In this document: positions 31,467 to 41,152 of the stretch, piece by piece
Layout: each line of letters opens with the position of its first letter
Numbering within the stretch: position 1 is the stretch's first letter
Notes under the pieces: model-generated
What the model was told of the DNA's origin: nothing
Database searches by the model: none
What the model saw: the letters and a program-made list of their open reading frames with translations, nothing else
Program-made: the position numbers and the translations under genes
Source of the DNA: an uncultured Clostridia bacterium
Lineage (GTDB): Bacteria > Bacillota > Clostridia > TANB77 > CAG-508
NCBI GenBank assembly: GCA_934149165.1
Contig: CAKPDY010000003.1
Coordinates: 24,228 to 88,227, forward strand
DNA: 64,000 nt
Direction: 5' to 3'

Positions 31467-31480
31467 GTGTTGAGTGCTAA
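31454..31480. promoter_or_regulatory. CIRCE (HrcA operator) inverted repeat
   Basis: TTAGCAATG-N9-GAGTGCTAA versus consensus TTAGCACTC-N9-GAGTGCTAA, 16 of 18 arm positions. Confidence 0.7.
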
Positions 31481-31531
31481 ATTCACATAAAATTCACAAT
31501 AGTGATACATTGTTTTCACATTTTTTAATTC

Positions 31532-33784
31532 CTACTTTAATCTCAAACTATTTAAAACCACACTAATACTGCTAAAAGTCATAGCTGCACTAGCCATCAT
31601 TGGATTGATTTGAATACTGAATAATCCTGTTGCAATTGGTATCATCAAACAATTGTAAAACAATGCCCAAAATAAGTTTTGTTTGACTATTCTCATTGTT
31701 CTTTTGCCAAGTTGAAACATGTCTGCAATTACAGATATATCATCATTTAATAAAATAATATCTGCAGAATCTTTACTAATATCTGTCCCATTTTTTACAC
31801 TCAGTCCAATATATGCTTTTTTTAATGCTGGAGAATCATTTATTCCATCACCACACATTAAAACTTTTTTACCTTGATTATTAATTTTTTCAATATATTC
31901 CAACTTTTGCTCTGGGTTTACATTTGCTACTACATTTTCAACAGACAACTCTTTTGCAATTTTATTTGCAACTACATTATTATCACCTGTTAATATTATT
32001 ACTTCTTTACCTATCTTTTTTAAATTTTGTATAAGTACTTTTGACTCTCTTTTTATTGAATCCTTTACTCCAACTATTCCTAATACTTTTGTATCATCAA
32101 ACAAATATACTATACTTTCAAGGTTTTCCAAGTATCTTTCTTCTTCATCAATTAAATTATTGTAAGCATTTATTTTTTCTACAAATTTTCTATTTCCAGC
32201 ATAATATTTTTTACCATCTATTATTCCTGATACTCCATATCCTGCTGTTTCTTTAAATTCTGTTATTTGCAGTTTTTTATGAATTTTAGTTTTTTCGTTA
32301 TATTGATTGTTTTCTACTTTTTCATTTGATTTTTCTATATATTCTAATTGATTATCTTTATCTTCGTTTATCACATTACATTTATAATTTTGTATAGCTT
32401 TTGCAATTGGATGATTTGAATTTTTTTCTAAAACTTTCAAAATTTCTAAATCATTATCACTTATATTTCTGTCTTGAATAGTAAGATTGCCGTTTGTTAA
32501 AGTTCCTGTTTTATCAAAAATAATTGTATCAATATCATTTAATTTTTCTATTGTTTCTGATGATTTTGTTGCAATTCCAATTTTTGATAAGTTTCCAATA
32601 GAAATAACCATACATACTGGAACTGCTAGTCCAAGTGAACAAGGACATGCAACAACTAATACTGATATAAACGCATTTACTGAGTTTGAAAACTGATGTG
32701 TAATTATCATATTAGCCACAAAAGAAATTATAGATATTACAAATATAATTAATGTAAATTTACTAGCAATTTTATCTGCAATTCTTTCAACTTTTGCTTT
32801 TTTATTTGTAGCCTCAACAACCATTTTTACTATATTTGAAATACTTGACTCTTTTCCGACATGTTCAACTTTATAATAAATTATACCATCATAATTCATA
32901 CTCCCAGCAATAACTTTTGAATTTACTACTTTTTTTATTGGATTACTTTCACCTGTTATAATTGATTCATCAACATTTGCTTCACCGTTCAAAACAATGC
33001 CATCTGCTGCAATTATTTCACCTGGCTTTAAAATTAACATATCTCCTATTTTTACTTCATCTATTGAAATATCTTTTTCTTCCTGATTTTCAGTAATAAT
33101 AGTAGCCTTTTTAGGTGTGATATTAACCAAGTTTTTAATTGCATCAACTGCCTTTGATTTATTTTTTTTATCTATATATCTACCTATTTTTATAAATAAG
33201 ATTATCATACAAGATGCCTCAAAATAAACATTATGGATTGCTTCATGGTTTCCATTAATTATTTGAATAGTTGAATATATACTATATAAAAAATTTGCTA
33301 TAACCCCAGTAGTTACAAGTGTATCCATATTAGGCATTTTATGAATCAGATTTTTTATACCATTTTGTATTATATCCTTTCCATAAAACAAAAAAATTAC
33401 TGTTATTGCCAATGAAATTATAATAAAATTCATCGGATTTTCGTGTTTTGAAACTATTGCTGGAACATGAAGTCTTATCATTTCGCCCATTGATATATAC
33501 ATTAAAAATATTACTAGTATTGAAAAAATAGATATTTCAATAATTGGTCTTCTTGAATTAGATTCTTTCTCATTCTCACCTTTTGAAATAAATCCAGCGT
33601 TTGCAATTAGTTTATCTAACTCTTTTTTCGTTAATCTTTTTTCATCATATTCAATTAGAACTGTTGCCATTACAAGGTTTACATTTGCTTCGATAATACC
33701 ATTTTGCTTTTTTAAATACTTTTCTAGACCATTTGAACACGCAGTGCATGTCATTCCTTCGATATTTAAAATTATTTTTTTCAT
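31532..33784 (-). CDS. copA: Copper-translocating P1B-type ATPase
   Basis: N-terminal HMA GMTCTACS, transmembrane CPC, DKTGTLT, GDGINDSPAL. Confidence 0.95.
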   Translation of the reverse strand: MKKIILNIEGMTCTACSNGLEKYLKKQNGIIEANVNLVMATVLIEYDEKRLTKKELDKLIANAGFISKGENEKESNSRRPIIEISIFSILVIFLMYISMGEMIRLHVPAIVSKHENPMNFIIISLAITVIFLFYGKDIIQNGIKNLIHKMPNMDTLVTTGVIANFLYSIYSTIQIINGNHEAIHNVYFEASCMIILFIKIGRYIDKKNKSKAVDAIKNLVNITPKKATIITENQEEKDISIDEVKIGDMLILKPGEIIAADGIVLNGEANVDESIITGESNPIKKVVNSKVIAGSMNYDGIIYYKVEHVGKESSISNIVKMVVEATNKKAKVERIADKIASKFTLIIFVISIISFVANMIITHQFSNSVNAFISVLVVACPCSLGLAVPVCMVISIGNLSKIGIATKSSETIEKLNDIDTIIFDKTGTLTNGNLTIQDRNISDNDLEILKVLEKNSNHPIAKAIQNYKCNVINEDKDNQLEYIEKSNEKVENNQYNEKTKIHKKLQITEFKETAGYGVSGIIDGKKYYAGNRKFVEKINAYNNLIDEEERYLENLESIVYLFDDTKVLGIVGVKDSIKRESKVLIQNLKKIGKEVIILTGDNNVVANKIAKELSVENVVANVNPEQKLEYIEKINNQGKKVLMCGDGINDSPALKKAYIGLSVKNGTDISKDSADIILLNDDISVIADMFQLGKRTMRIVKQNLFWALFYNCLMIPIATGLFSIQINPMMASAAMTFSSISVVLNSLRLK

Positions 33785-33810
33785 TTATAATTTTCATTCC
33801 TTTCAAATAA

Positions 33811-33907
33811 GGAAATGGGGACGTTTTTCTTTTCCTTTTTAAATAACATAATTAATTATTTTAAATTATTGTTAACTAAAAAGGAAAAGAAAAACGTCCC
33901 CATTTCC
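33811..33907. repeat. 30-bp perfect inverted repeat between copZ and copA
   Basis: GGAAATGGGGACGTTTTTCTTTTCCTTTTT (33811-33840) and its exact reverse complement (33878-33907), with a 37-nt AT-only loop. Confidence 0.85.
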
Positions 33908-33918
33908 TCCCCATTTCT

Positions 33919-34125
33919 TTACTCTATCACCTTAAATCCTAAATCTTTAATTTTTTCTATTATCTCACTTTTATCAATATTTTTTACAAATTCCACAATT
34001 ACTTTTTTCTCCACAAAAGATGCTTCCACATTTTTTACATTTTTCATTTGTAAAATAGCATTTTTTAATCTGTTTTCGCAACCTGTGCACACCATACCCT
34101 CAACTTTTAATTCTAATTTATTCAT
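33919..34125 (-). CDS. copZ: Copper chaperone CopZ (HMA domain)
   Basis: GMVCTGCENRLKN metal-binding motif, 68 aa. Confidence 0.9.
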   Translation of the reverse strand: MNKLELKVEGMVCTGCENRLKNAILQMKNVKNVEASFVEKKVIVEFVKNIDKSEIIEKIKDLGFKVIE

Positions 34126-34198
34126 AGATTATCACTATCCTTTCTTATCTTCACATATATAAAATTATTAACTTCCAAATTTTTTCTGCTATGATTAA

Positions 34199-35242
34199 TC
34201 AGTGTTTTCTATTAATCTTAGCAATTGCCTTAAATTTTTCTTTTTTTTCCTTCAAATAATCATCACTATTTGCATTATATTTTATCTCATTTTTTAACTT
34301 TTCATACTGATTATATCTCTCTTCAGATAACTTACCTTGCTTAATTGCTTCTAAAATCTTACAACCAGGTTCATTTGTATGTGTACAATTTGTAAACTTG
34401 CACAAACCTAAATACTCCTCTACATCCTTAAAAGTTCTATTTAGTCCATCTTCTGAATTCCACATTCCAAGTTCTCTCATTCCTGGAGTATCTATTATCA
34501 TTGCACCATTAGGTAATATTATTAAATTTCTAGAAGTTGTTGTGTGCCTTCCTTTTGAATCCTCTTCTCTAATGCTAGATGTTTTCATTACTTCTTTACC
34601 ATATAGAGTATTTAACAATGTTGATTTTCCTACCCCAGATGAACCTAAAAAAACTATAGTATTTCCTTTTTTAAAATACTTTTTTATACTATCTAATCCA
34701 TCACCTGTTTTACAACTTACACTATAAATATCTACACCAATTGCCACACTTTCAACTTCATTAATATATTCTTGAGGATTATCTACTAAATCGTTTTTAG
34801 TTAAAATTATTACTGGCACTCCTCCTGACTCCCATGCTAAACTTAAATATCTTTCAATTCTATGTAAATTGAAATTGTTATTTAGCGACTGCATTATAAA
34901 TACATAATCAAAATTAGCTGCCACTAGTTGCTCATGCTGATTATGAAGTTCATGTTTTCTATCACTTGAAGATGCCGCTCTTGAAAAAGAACTTTCTCTT
35001 TTTAAAGTTTCTATTATCATACTATCACCAGAATCATTCCATTCTATCAAAACAAAATCACCAGTTGTTGGATATATACTATTGGGGTTATCATAATAAC
35101 ATCCTCTTTTTATTTGTGCAAAACCTTCTCCATTATTGCACACAATTTGATATCTATTTTTATAAGTTGCAAGTATTCTTGCTGGTATCTGGTTTTCAGT
35201 TTTTATATAATTATTTTTAAAACCATAATCTTCTATATTCAT
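34199..35242 (-). CDS. rsgA: Ribosome small-subunit-dependent GTPase A
   Basis: Circularly permuted GTPase (TKNDL ... GSSGVGKSTLLN) and a C-terminal zinc motif CKFTNCTHTNEPGC. Confidence 0.9.
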   Translation of the reverse strand: MNIEDYGFKNNYIKTENQIPARILATYKNRYQIVCNNGEGFAQIKRGCYYDNPNSIYPTTGDFVLIEWNDSGDSMIIETLKRESSFSRAASSSDRKHELHNQHEQLVAANFDYVFIMQSLNNNFNLHRIERYLSLAWESGGVPVIILTKNDLVDNPQEYINEVESVAIGVDIYSVSCKTGDGLDSIKKYFKKGNTIVFLGSSGVGKSTLLNTLYGKEVMKTSSIREEDSKGRHTTTSRNLIILPNGAMIIDTPGMRELGMWNSEDGLNRTFKDVEEYLGLCKFTNCTHTNEPGCKILEAIKQGKLSEERYNQYEKLKNEIKYNANSDDYLKEKKEKFKAIAKINRKH

Positions 35243-35398
35243 TGAATTATCCTTTCATTTTATTGGTTATAATTTGATTTTATTATATATCATTTTGGAT
35301 ATGTTTACAATGAATTTTTATGTAGTTTTTTTGTGTTTTCTTAATTTAAAGTACCTTTTGTTCAATATTTTTAGCTCCTATATCTATTATTAAATCTA

Positions 35399-35427
35399 TT
35401 GACATTTTTCGAAAATACACTTATAAT
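35399..35427 (+). promoter_or_regulatory. Perfect consensus sigma-A promoter upstream of GNAT gene
   Basis: TTGACA (35399-35404), a 17-nt spacer, TATAAT (35422-35427). Confidence 0.6.
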
Positions 35428-35590
35428 TTGATGAAAAAAATAGAAACGTTTTAGTCTTACTTCTTTAAAACACTAGATACTTATTCTTTTATACTGAAAT
35501 CATTTAATTTTAGCTAAGTTATGTCAACTAAGTAAAAAAACTAAAACGTCCACTTTCCCTTCTCAAATTTTTCCATAGGAGGTTCACATT

Positions 35591-36052
35591 ATGCTAAACA
35601 TATATAACATAAAAGACAAACAACAATATTTACGTGAAGTTGCAGAACTAACACAAAATGAATGGGGCTCTAAGACTTCTTCAAAAAAAGAATATAATAA
35701 AAAAGTAACCAACAAAATCACAAAAATAATAAATAATCTTGAAAACCCTAATTACTGTAAATTAATTTTATTAGAAGATACTACACTAATTGGTTTTATC
35801 TCTATATTTCCACACGATTGTGATGAAAAACCTGAACTAACACCTTGGTATGCTACAATGTTTGTAAAAGAGGAATTCAGAGGTAACGGATATTCTAAAT
35901 TACTTAACTCAGCAATTATACATGAAGCAAAATCTCGCGGATTTCACAAATTATATTTAAAAACAGATTTAGTTGGATATTATGAAAAATTTGGTGCTAT
36001 ATTTATAGAAGAATTAATGAATGGAGAAAAACTTTATGAACTTCCATTATAA
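35591..36052 (+). CDS. GNAT-family N-acetyltransferase
   Basis: VKEEFRGNGYSKLLL acetyl-CoA-binding motif. GGAGG RBS. Confidence 0.8.
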   Translation: MLNIYNIKDKQQYLREVAELTQNEWGSKTSSKKEYNKKVTNKITKIINNLENPNYCKLILLEDTTLIGFISIFPHDCDEKPELTPWYATMFVKEEFRGNGYSKLLNSAIIHEAKSRGFHKLYLKTDLVGYYEKFGAIFIEELMNGEKLYELPL

Positions 36053-36161
36053 TTGGAAATTGAAAACTAAAACTTGCCCATTTTCTTCCATTTTTTCTGA
36101 ATATTCTTACAAAATATGATATTATTCGACCATATTTTTATTTATGAAGGAGATAATATAT

Positions 36162-36341
36162 ATGACAAAAAATACACACCTTGCATGTGCAATGCTTTAG
36201 ATTATTTTTCCAGCAATGGTTTTGCCTTTTGGAATCGCAATGTTATCTCATATTAGTCTTGATTTTTTGAATACAAAAAAGTACAAATTCTTTGACCCTT
36301 ACGAAAACCTAAAATTGCTTTTATTATTTGTTTATGTTTAA
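36162..36341 (+). pseudogene. Remnant of a YdjM-like membrane metal-hydrolase gene
   Basis: Good RBS, then MTKNTHLACAML followed by an in-frame TAG at 36198. The same frame continues ...MLSHISLDFLN.... This looks like the N- and C-terminal ends of a much longer protein. Weak evidence. Confidence 0.3.
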
Positions 36342-36359
36342 TTTGTCATTTTTTAGAAT

Positions 36360-36800
36360 TCATTTGTTATTATTTAAAAATTCTTTTAACTCTTTACTAT
36401 TAGTAAATATTTTTTCAAAAATATGATATAACGAATCTGTTGCATCATATTCACCAATTGCATAACATTTTTTACCTAATCCATATGCTACACCCGCTTC
36501 TATATGACCTGATTTTCCTGCTGGTAATACTAGTAAAAAATTCTTTGAATTTTTTTCTGCTTCCATATCATCTTGAAATATTTGTGTTACAGTATCACTG
36601 TTTAAATCTAATTTTTCAAAGGCATCTTGTTTCTCATCTACATTATTATAATGTTTTTCACTATATGCCCCATATGAATTTTGCGGTTTTAGGAAACAGT
36701 AATATGATATGTTTAGTTCATCAAAAATATCACATATTTGTAGTATATTGTCTCTGTTTCTTGCCCTACCTGCAATGAAAAAATCGTATTGTTTTTTCAT
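36360..36800 (-). CDS. Nucleoside 2-deoxyribosyltransferase-like protein
   Basis: FFIAGRAR... and ...GKSGHIEAGVAYGLGKKCYAI fit the family pattern. Tentative. Confidence 0.45.
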   Translation of the reverse strand: MKKQYDFFIAGRARNRDNILQICDIFDELNISYYCFLKPQNSYGAYSEKHYNNVDEKQDAFEKLDLNSDTVTQIFQDDMEAEKNSKNFLLVLPAGKSGHIEAGVAYGLGKKCYAIGEYDATDSLYHIFEKIFTNSKELKEFLNNNK

Positions 36801-36927
36801 ATTTTTCCTCCTTTTTATATTGATTTTATTTTAATTTATTTACATTTACTTTAATTTAATTTTTGCTTTACTTTACTTATAATCAATTTTATTTTTAACA
36901 ATAACACTTTCTTATATTTTATAGTTG

Positions 36928-37338
36928 TTAGTCTGAGTACTTATCATTAAATTCCTCCACCTCATATTCCCATAAACTAAGATGTCCCTTAACTGGTATC
37001 GGATGATTAAACACCTCCACATTTTCAACTTGCCACCCATAGTTTTCTTGAAATGAGCTCTTGGTATATATCTCATTATTTTCTTTTAATAACATTTCTT
37101 TAAACTCAGGCGACATTTTTATGCAATCTACTAATTTAACTTTTCCTATTATCTTACCTAATGGCATATCTTCTGGAATATATTTTTTTAGCCTTTTCAT
37201 TGCTTCTTTATCTATTCCTTTTCCTGCATGTATTAATAGGTCTCCTCTGTAACTAGTTTTCCAACTACGAAATTCAAATCTTTTATCTCCTTGGATTATT
37301 AATGTTGCCCAAGGCTGTTTTATTGTTAGAGTTTTCAT
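36928..37338 (-). CDS. ASCH-domain protein
   Basis: TIKQPWATLIIQGDKRFEFRSWKTSYRGDLLIHAG is a typical ASCH N-terminus. Confidence 0.75.
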   Translation of the reverse strand: MKTLTIKQPWATLIIQGDKRFEFRSWKTSYRGDLLIHAGKGIDKEAMKRLKKYIPEDMPLGKIIGKVKLVDCIKMSPEFKEMLLKENNEIYTKSSFQENYGWQVENVEVFNHPIPVKGHLSLWEYEVEEFNDKYSD

Positions 37339-37360
37339 GTAGCAATCCTCCCTTATTTGA

Positions 37361-38428
37361 TTAATTTAATAATTGCAAAATTCTTCCTGATATCTCCTGT
37401 GATTTTTCAAATAATGTTTTACTCATCTTACATCTCCAAAAAGCAAATTCTAATAATTTTTTTTGACTGTTATCATTTAGGTATTCCTCATACCCAAATG
37501 GACTGCTTACTAATTGAATTAAATAAAAATATGGCATCCATTTTAAATCACATTTGGTTAAACTTATATATTTCATTACCACTTTAGTGTAATTCAATAA
37601 ATTTTCTATATTTATATCTCCATTTTTACTATCCTTATCTATATATGTAAACGACCTTATAATTTCCCATGCAATTGGCATTTTTCTTGCTTTAGCAAAA
37701 TCTAATAATGCCTCTACCTTTTCATTTTTGTAAATAAATTGCATTATACTATAATCACCATGACTGTTTTTTAAAGTTAAATCCTTCATTTCCGAAAAAT
37801 CCATCTTCTCCAAAGCTGTTATAATTTCCATTCTTTGGTTTATATCTAATTTTATTTTCGAGATAATTTCAGATGATGGTAGATTCAATTGTTGCCCATG
37901 TTGAATTGACTCCTCTAATTTATCCACTCTTTTTAATAATTGTATAAATTTTTTCTTTCCTTCCCTCAACTTATTATTATTACACCATTTTTCAATTAAA
38001 TCTTCTGGCAAGTCTTCATAGTTTTCTAGTGATTTCACCATTTTACCTAATATTTCTGCAGATTCTATTACTTGAGCTGTTGTTCCTGTATTACTTTCTT
38101 TTGTATATCCGTTAATAAATTCCATTAGAATTACTGTTCTGTTTTTGTATTTGAAATAATATTCTTGTTTTTCCGTTTTTATATAATTCGGAACTCTTAT
38201 TCCATTACTTTTTAGATGATTTATTATTTTTATTTCTTTGATTACATTTTCTTGATTACATGCTGATTCGAATTCTTTTAATACATATTTTGTTCCTTGA
38301 TTATCATATACATAAAAAATGTTTGCACTACCTCGTGGTTCTTGTTCAATTTTAGTTATAGAAATATTGTATTTTTCTTGAATTTTGTTGATTATTTCTT
38401 GGTGTGTGAATACTGTTTTTTCTAGCAT
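37361..38428 (-). CDS. Aminoglycoside/choline-kinase-like phosphotransferase (APH family)
   Basis: Start trimmed to MLEKTVF behind a GGAGG RBS. HGDYSIMQF catalytic-loop-like and LLDFAKA motifs. Confidence 0.7.
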   Translation of the reverse strand: MLEKTVFTHQEIINKIQEKYNISITKIEQEPRGSANIFYVYDNQGTKYVLKEFESACNQENVIKEIKIINHLKSNGIRVPNYIKTEKQEYYFKYKNRTVILMEFINGYTKESNTGTTAQVIESAEILGKMVKSLENYEDLPEDLIEKWCNNNKLREGKKKFIQLLKRVDKLEESIQHGQQLNLPSSEIISKIKLDINQRMEIITALEKMDFSEMKDLTLKNSHGDYSIMQFIYKNEKVEALLDFAKARKMPIAWEIIRSFTYIDKDSKNGDINIENLLNYTKVVMKYISLTKCDLKWMPYFYLIQLVSSPFGYEEYLNDNSQKKLLEFAFWRCKMSKTLFEKSQEISGRILQLLN

Positions 38429-38639
38429 GGCGGGTCCTCCTTTTGGTTTTATTTTATAGTATTTTTTTGAGGTTTGCAAGATGGAAAATATCTTTTTTTG
38501 CTATGTTTAAATTTATTGTTTAATTTTTGGCTATGGAGTAATCAAAAAAAGTTGTAACTATTTTTCAAAATAGTCATTTTCAATTTACAAACTTCATGTT
38601 ATAATTTCTTTAATTAATACTAAAAGGGAGGTCTTAACT

Positions 38640-38804
38640 ATGCCTAAATTATATGTTATAACAGGTCCTGCTGGTGTTGGTAAAAGTACCATTTCTAAAA
38701 AATTGGCAGAAATCAGTTCTAAATCAGCATTTGTAGAAGGTGATGACATTTATCATCAAGTTATCAGCAGTTATGTACCTGCTTGGAGAGAAGAAACTCA
38801 TTGA
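38640..38804 (+). pseudogene. Truncated P-loop kinase/AAA gene (54 codons)
   Basis: AAGGGAGG RBS, then MPKLYVITGPAGVGKSTISKKLAE...FVEGDDIYH, stopping after 54 aa. Full-length relatives are about 170 aa. A GNAT gene starts 38 nt later. Confidence 0.5.
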
Positions 38805-38842
38805 ATTCGATGATAGATTTATTTTGTAAAGGAGATTTTTTC

Positions 38843-39256
38843 ATGGATATTAAATTAGATTATTCAATAACATGTGATGAATTTTTAGAAATGGTCGAGG
38901 CTGTGGGCTGGAAATCTTATTCTGCAGAACAAGTTAAAAAAGCTTTACACAATACTATGTATGTAGTAAAAGCAACTGTAGACGGAAAATTAGCTGGAAT
39001 GGGAAGGGTTGTCGGAGACTATAGCATTGTTTGTATGCTTTCAGATGTCTGCGTTAAGCCTGAATTTCAAGGACTTGGTATTGGATTAACAATAATTTCT
39101 AAATTAAAAGAATTAATTGAGAATAATGTTCAGGTTGGTGATAAAATGCAAATTGAGCTAACTCCTACTGCTGGTAAAGAGGGTTTTTATGAAAAAGCTG
39201 GTTTTAAATATAAACCAGAAAAAATAACAGGAATGTATTTATGGATTAAAAAATAA
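38843..39256 (+). CDS. GNAT-family N-acetyltransferase
   Basis: VKPEFQGLGIGLTII motif. Start trimmed to MDIKLDY behind an AAAGGAG RBS. Confidence 0.8.
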   Translation: MDIKLDYSITCDEFLEMVEAVGWKSYSAEQVKKALHNTMYVVKATVDGKLAGMGRVVGDYSIVCMLSDVCVKPEFQGLGIGLTIISKLKELIENNVQVGDKMQIELTPTAGKEGFYEKAGFKYKPEKITGMYLWIKK

Positions 39257-39260
39257 TAAT

Positions 39261-39293
39261 AAAGGGTAGCATAGAAAATAAATACTACCCTTT
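39261..39293. terminator. Bidirectional terminator hairpin
   Basis: AAAGGGTAG ... CTACCCTTT between convergent genes. Confidence 0.5.
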
Positions 39294-39342
39294 ACTTAAA
39301 AATTATTATTAAAACAATTTACACACTTTACTTGTGTTAAAA

Positions 39343-40059
39343 TCACTTTTTCATTAAAACAATTGCAATAAAATTCAAATACTTACAAGCACCTGCTTCA
39401 ATTGCTTTTCTATCATTTTTAGAATATTCATTGTCACAGCTTATCCAATCATCCCAACATTCTTCATTACTTTCCATTTCATTAATTGAAACAATTTCAC
39501 TTTGTTTTGATTTTGAAATGATATTTTTCCAATATTCTATATCGTGAATATAATCCAATTGTTCAGGAGTCCATGATAACAATAATTCTTTGTGAATATT
39601 ATTATGGCAATCTTTTTTCATTCCAGGAACAACTATGTAGATGTAACCACCTCTTTTTACAAATGGCAATAGTTTTTCATCTAAATATTTTTCGTCTCTT
39701 CCAAAATAATTATAAGAATCTGTACTAACAACTGCATCAAAAAAATCTGTTTCATATTTTAAATCTGTTGCATCTGCTTTTACTGGAATGATTTGCTCAT
39801 CTGTTAATCCCATTTCAGCAAAAAATTTTCTATTTTCTTCCGCATCACTCCAAAGGTCTGTTGCATATACTTTGAATCCATATTCTTTTGCTAAAAAGAT
39901 TGATGTTATACCTTGACCACTTCCTAAATCCATAACAATTGAGCCTGGTTTGATTTTGTTGTCTTTCATAAGTTCTTCTTCCAGTTTTAGTGGGTTAGGT
40001 CCCATAATTTTTTGATTTATTAATTCTGTATTGTATTTTAATGTTTTTTCGTATTTCAT
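39343..40059 (-). CDS. Class I SAM-dependent methyltransferase
   Basis: VMDLGSGQGITS motif I. Start trimmed to MKYEKTL behind an AGGAGG RBS. Confidence 0.8.
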   Translation of the reverse strand: MKYEKTLKYNTELINQKIMGPNPLKLEEELMKDNKIKPGSIVMDLGSGQGITSIFLAKEYGFKVYATDLWSDAEENRKFFAEMGLTDEQIIPVKADATDLKYETDFFDAVVSTDSYNYFGRDEKYLDEKLLPFVKRGGYIYIVVPGMKKDCHNNIHKELLLSWTPEQLDYIHDIEYWKNIISKSKQSEIVSINEMESNEECWDDWISCDNEYSKNDRKAIEAGACKYLNFIAIVLMKK

Positions 40060-40241
40060 TTTTTTATCTCCTCCTAGTGATTTATTGTTATAAATCAATT
40101 ACGAGATCCAATACACCTATATTAATTTTTTTCAAAAAATACCTCCTTGTATGTTTTTTGTTATTGTATCATAATGTGTTTGTAAAATCAATTTGTGCAG
40201 TGCCTTTTTTCATGTCTTTATCCTGCATTTTTGGGTTTAAA

Positions 40242-40445
40242 TTATATTTTACTAAATATTACTATTTTTCCTTTCATTGAAATTTTAGAAACTGTATAAC
40301 CATACTCATTCAATTCTTTTTTGTAAGTTAAAAAAGAGTGATCTATATCAAATCCTAAAATTTTTTTGATTTCTTCATAGGTTAATTTATAATTTTCCTT
40401 TTTATTATTTACTAAATAATCCCATAATGGCTCATATTTACTCAT
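40242..40445 (-). CDS. Hypothetical small protein
   Basis: 67-aa ORF, MSKYEPLWDYL.... No motif recognised. Confidence 0.45.
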   Translation of the reverse strand: MSKYEPLWDYLVNNKKENYKLTYEEIKKILGFDIDHSFLTYKKELNEYGYTVSKISMKGKIVIFSKI

Positions 40446-40522
40446 TTTTTGTACACCTCATTTAAAATTATTTTTTGTGCAGAGTGATGTGCAGAATGAT
40501 TTTTGAATTCTATTCTTTTAAA

Positions 40523-40990
40523 TCATCTCTTCTTATACAAAACAATTTCTGGATTTTCTCCATTTGCACCATATTCACTTATAAGTAAAAAATCCATATT
40601 TGCAACTAATCCAAAGCATCTAATTAATTCTCCATCATTATATTCGCATTCAACTTGATTACCTAAATAGATTTCATCATTATTTAGGAATTGCACTGTA
40701 CTTCCGTTAGATAGCGGATATTTCAAATTTACAAAAGCTCCATTTAGTGGGATTAATTCTTTAATTTGGGGCACTCCTGATATTTTTAAATTATTAAATT
40801 CATCTATTAATTTATTTTTGAAAGCTTCGTAACTTTCTTTTCCTCCTGTTAATATATATTTTGCTATAAAACATTGTCTTCCAAAAGGGCATCCATTGGA
40901 TTGTTTACATCCTTTGCAATTATTGTTTTTTCCATATCCGCAATTTTTACAATTTGCACCACATATTGAATCCATATAAGTTTCCTCCAT
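40523..40990 (-). CDS. DUF3795-like Cys-rich protein
   Basis: CGANCKNCGYGKNNNCKGCKQSNGCPFGRQC cysteine cluster. Confidence 0.65.
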   Translation of the reverse strand: MEETYMDSICGANCKNCGYGKNNNCKGCKQSNGCPFGRQCFIAKYILTGGKESYEAFKNKLIDEFNNLKISGVPQIKELIPLNGAFVNLKYPLSNGSTVQFLNNDEIYLGNQVECEYNDGELIRCFGLVANMDFLLISEYGANGENPEIVLYKKR

Positions 40991-41152
40991 TAATTATTTT
41001 TTTAGTTTTTTATTTATAATAATGTTTGCATTTTTCCAAAAACTTCTCCTAAGTGAACTGTTAATACTTCATTATTACAAAAGGGACATTTATAATGTCT
41101 TTTTGCTTTTTCAATAACTATATCCTTCAAATATTTTTCCTATAACTTACTA

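Noticed and set aside
33815-34162. 115-aa plus-strand ORF
   Set aside because: It starts inside the copZ-copA inverted repeat and runs antisense through copZ.
35443-36089. GTTTTAG-containing repeats considered as CRISPR repeats or a tracr-like element
   Set aside because: There are only isolated or inverted copies. There are no regularly spaced direct repeats with unique spacers, and no cas genes in the window.
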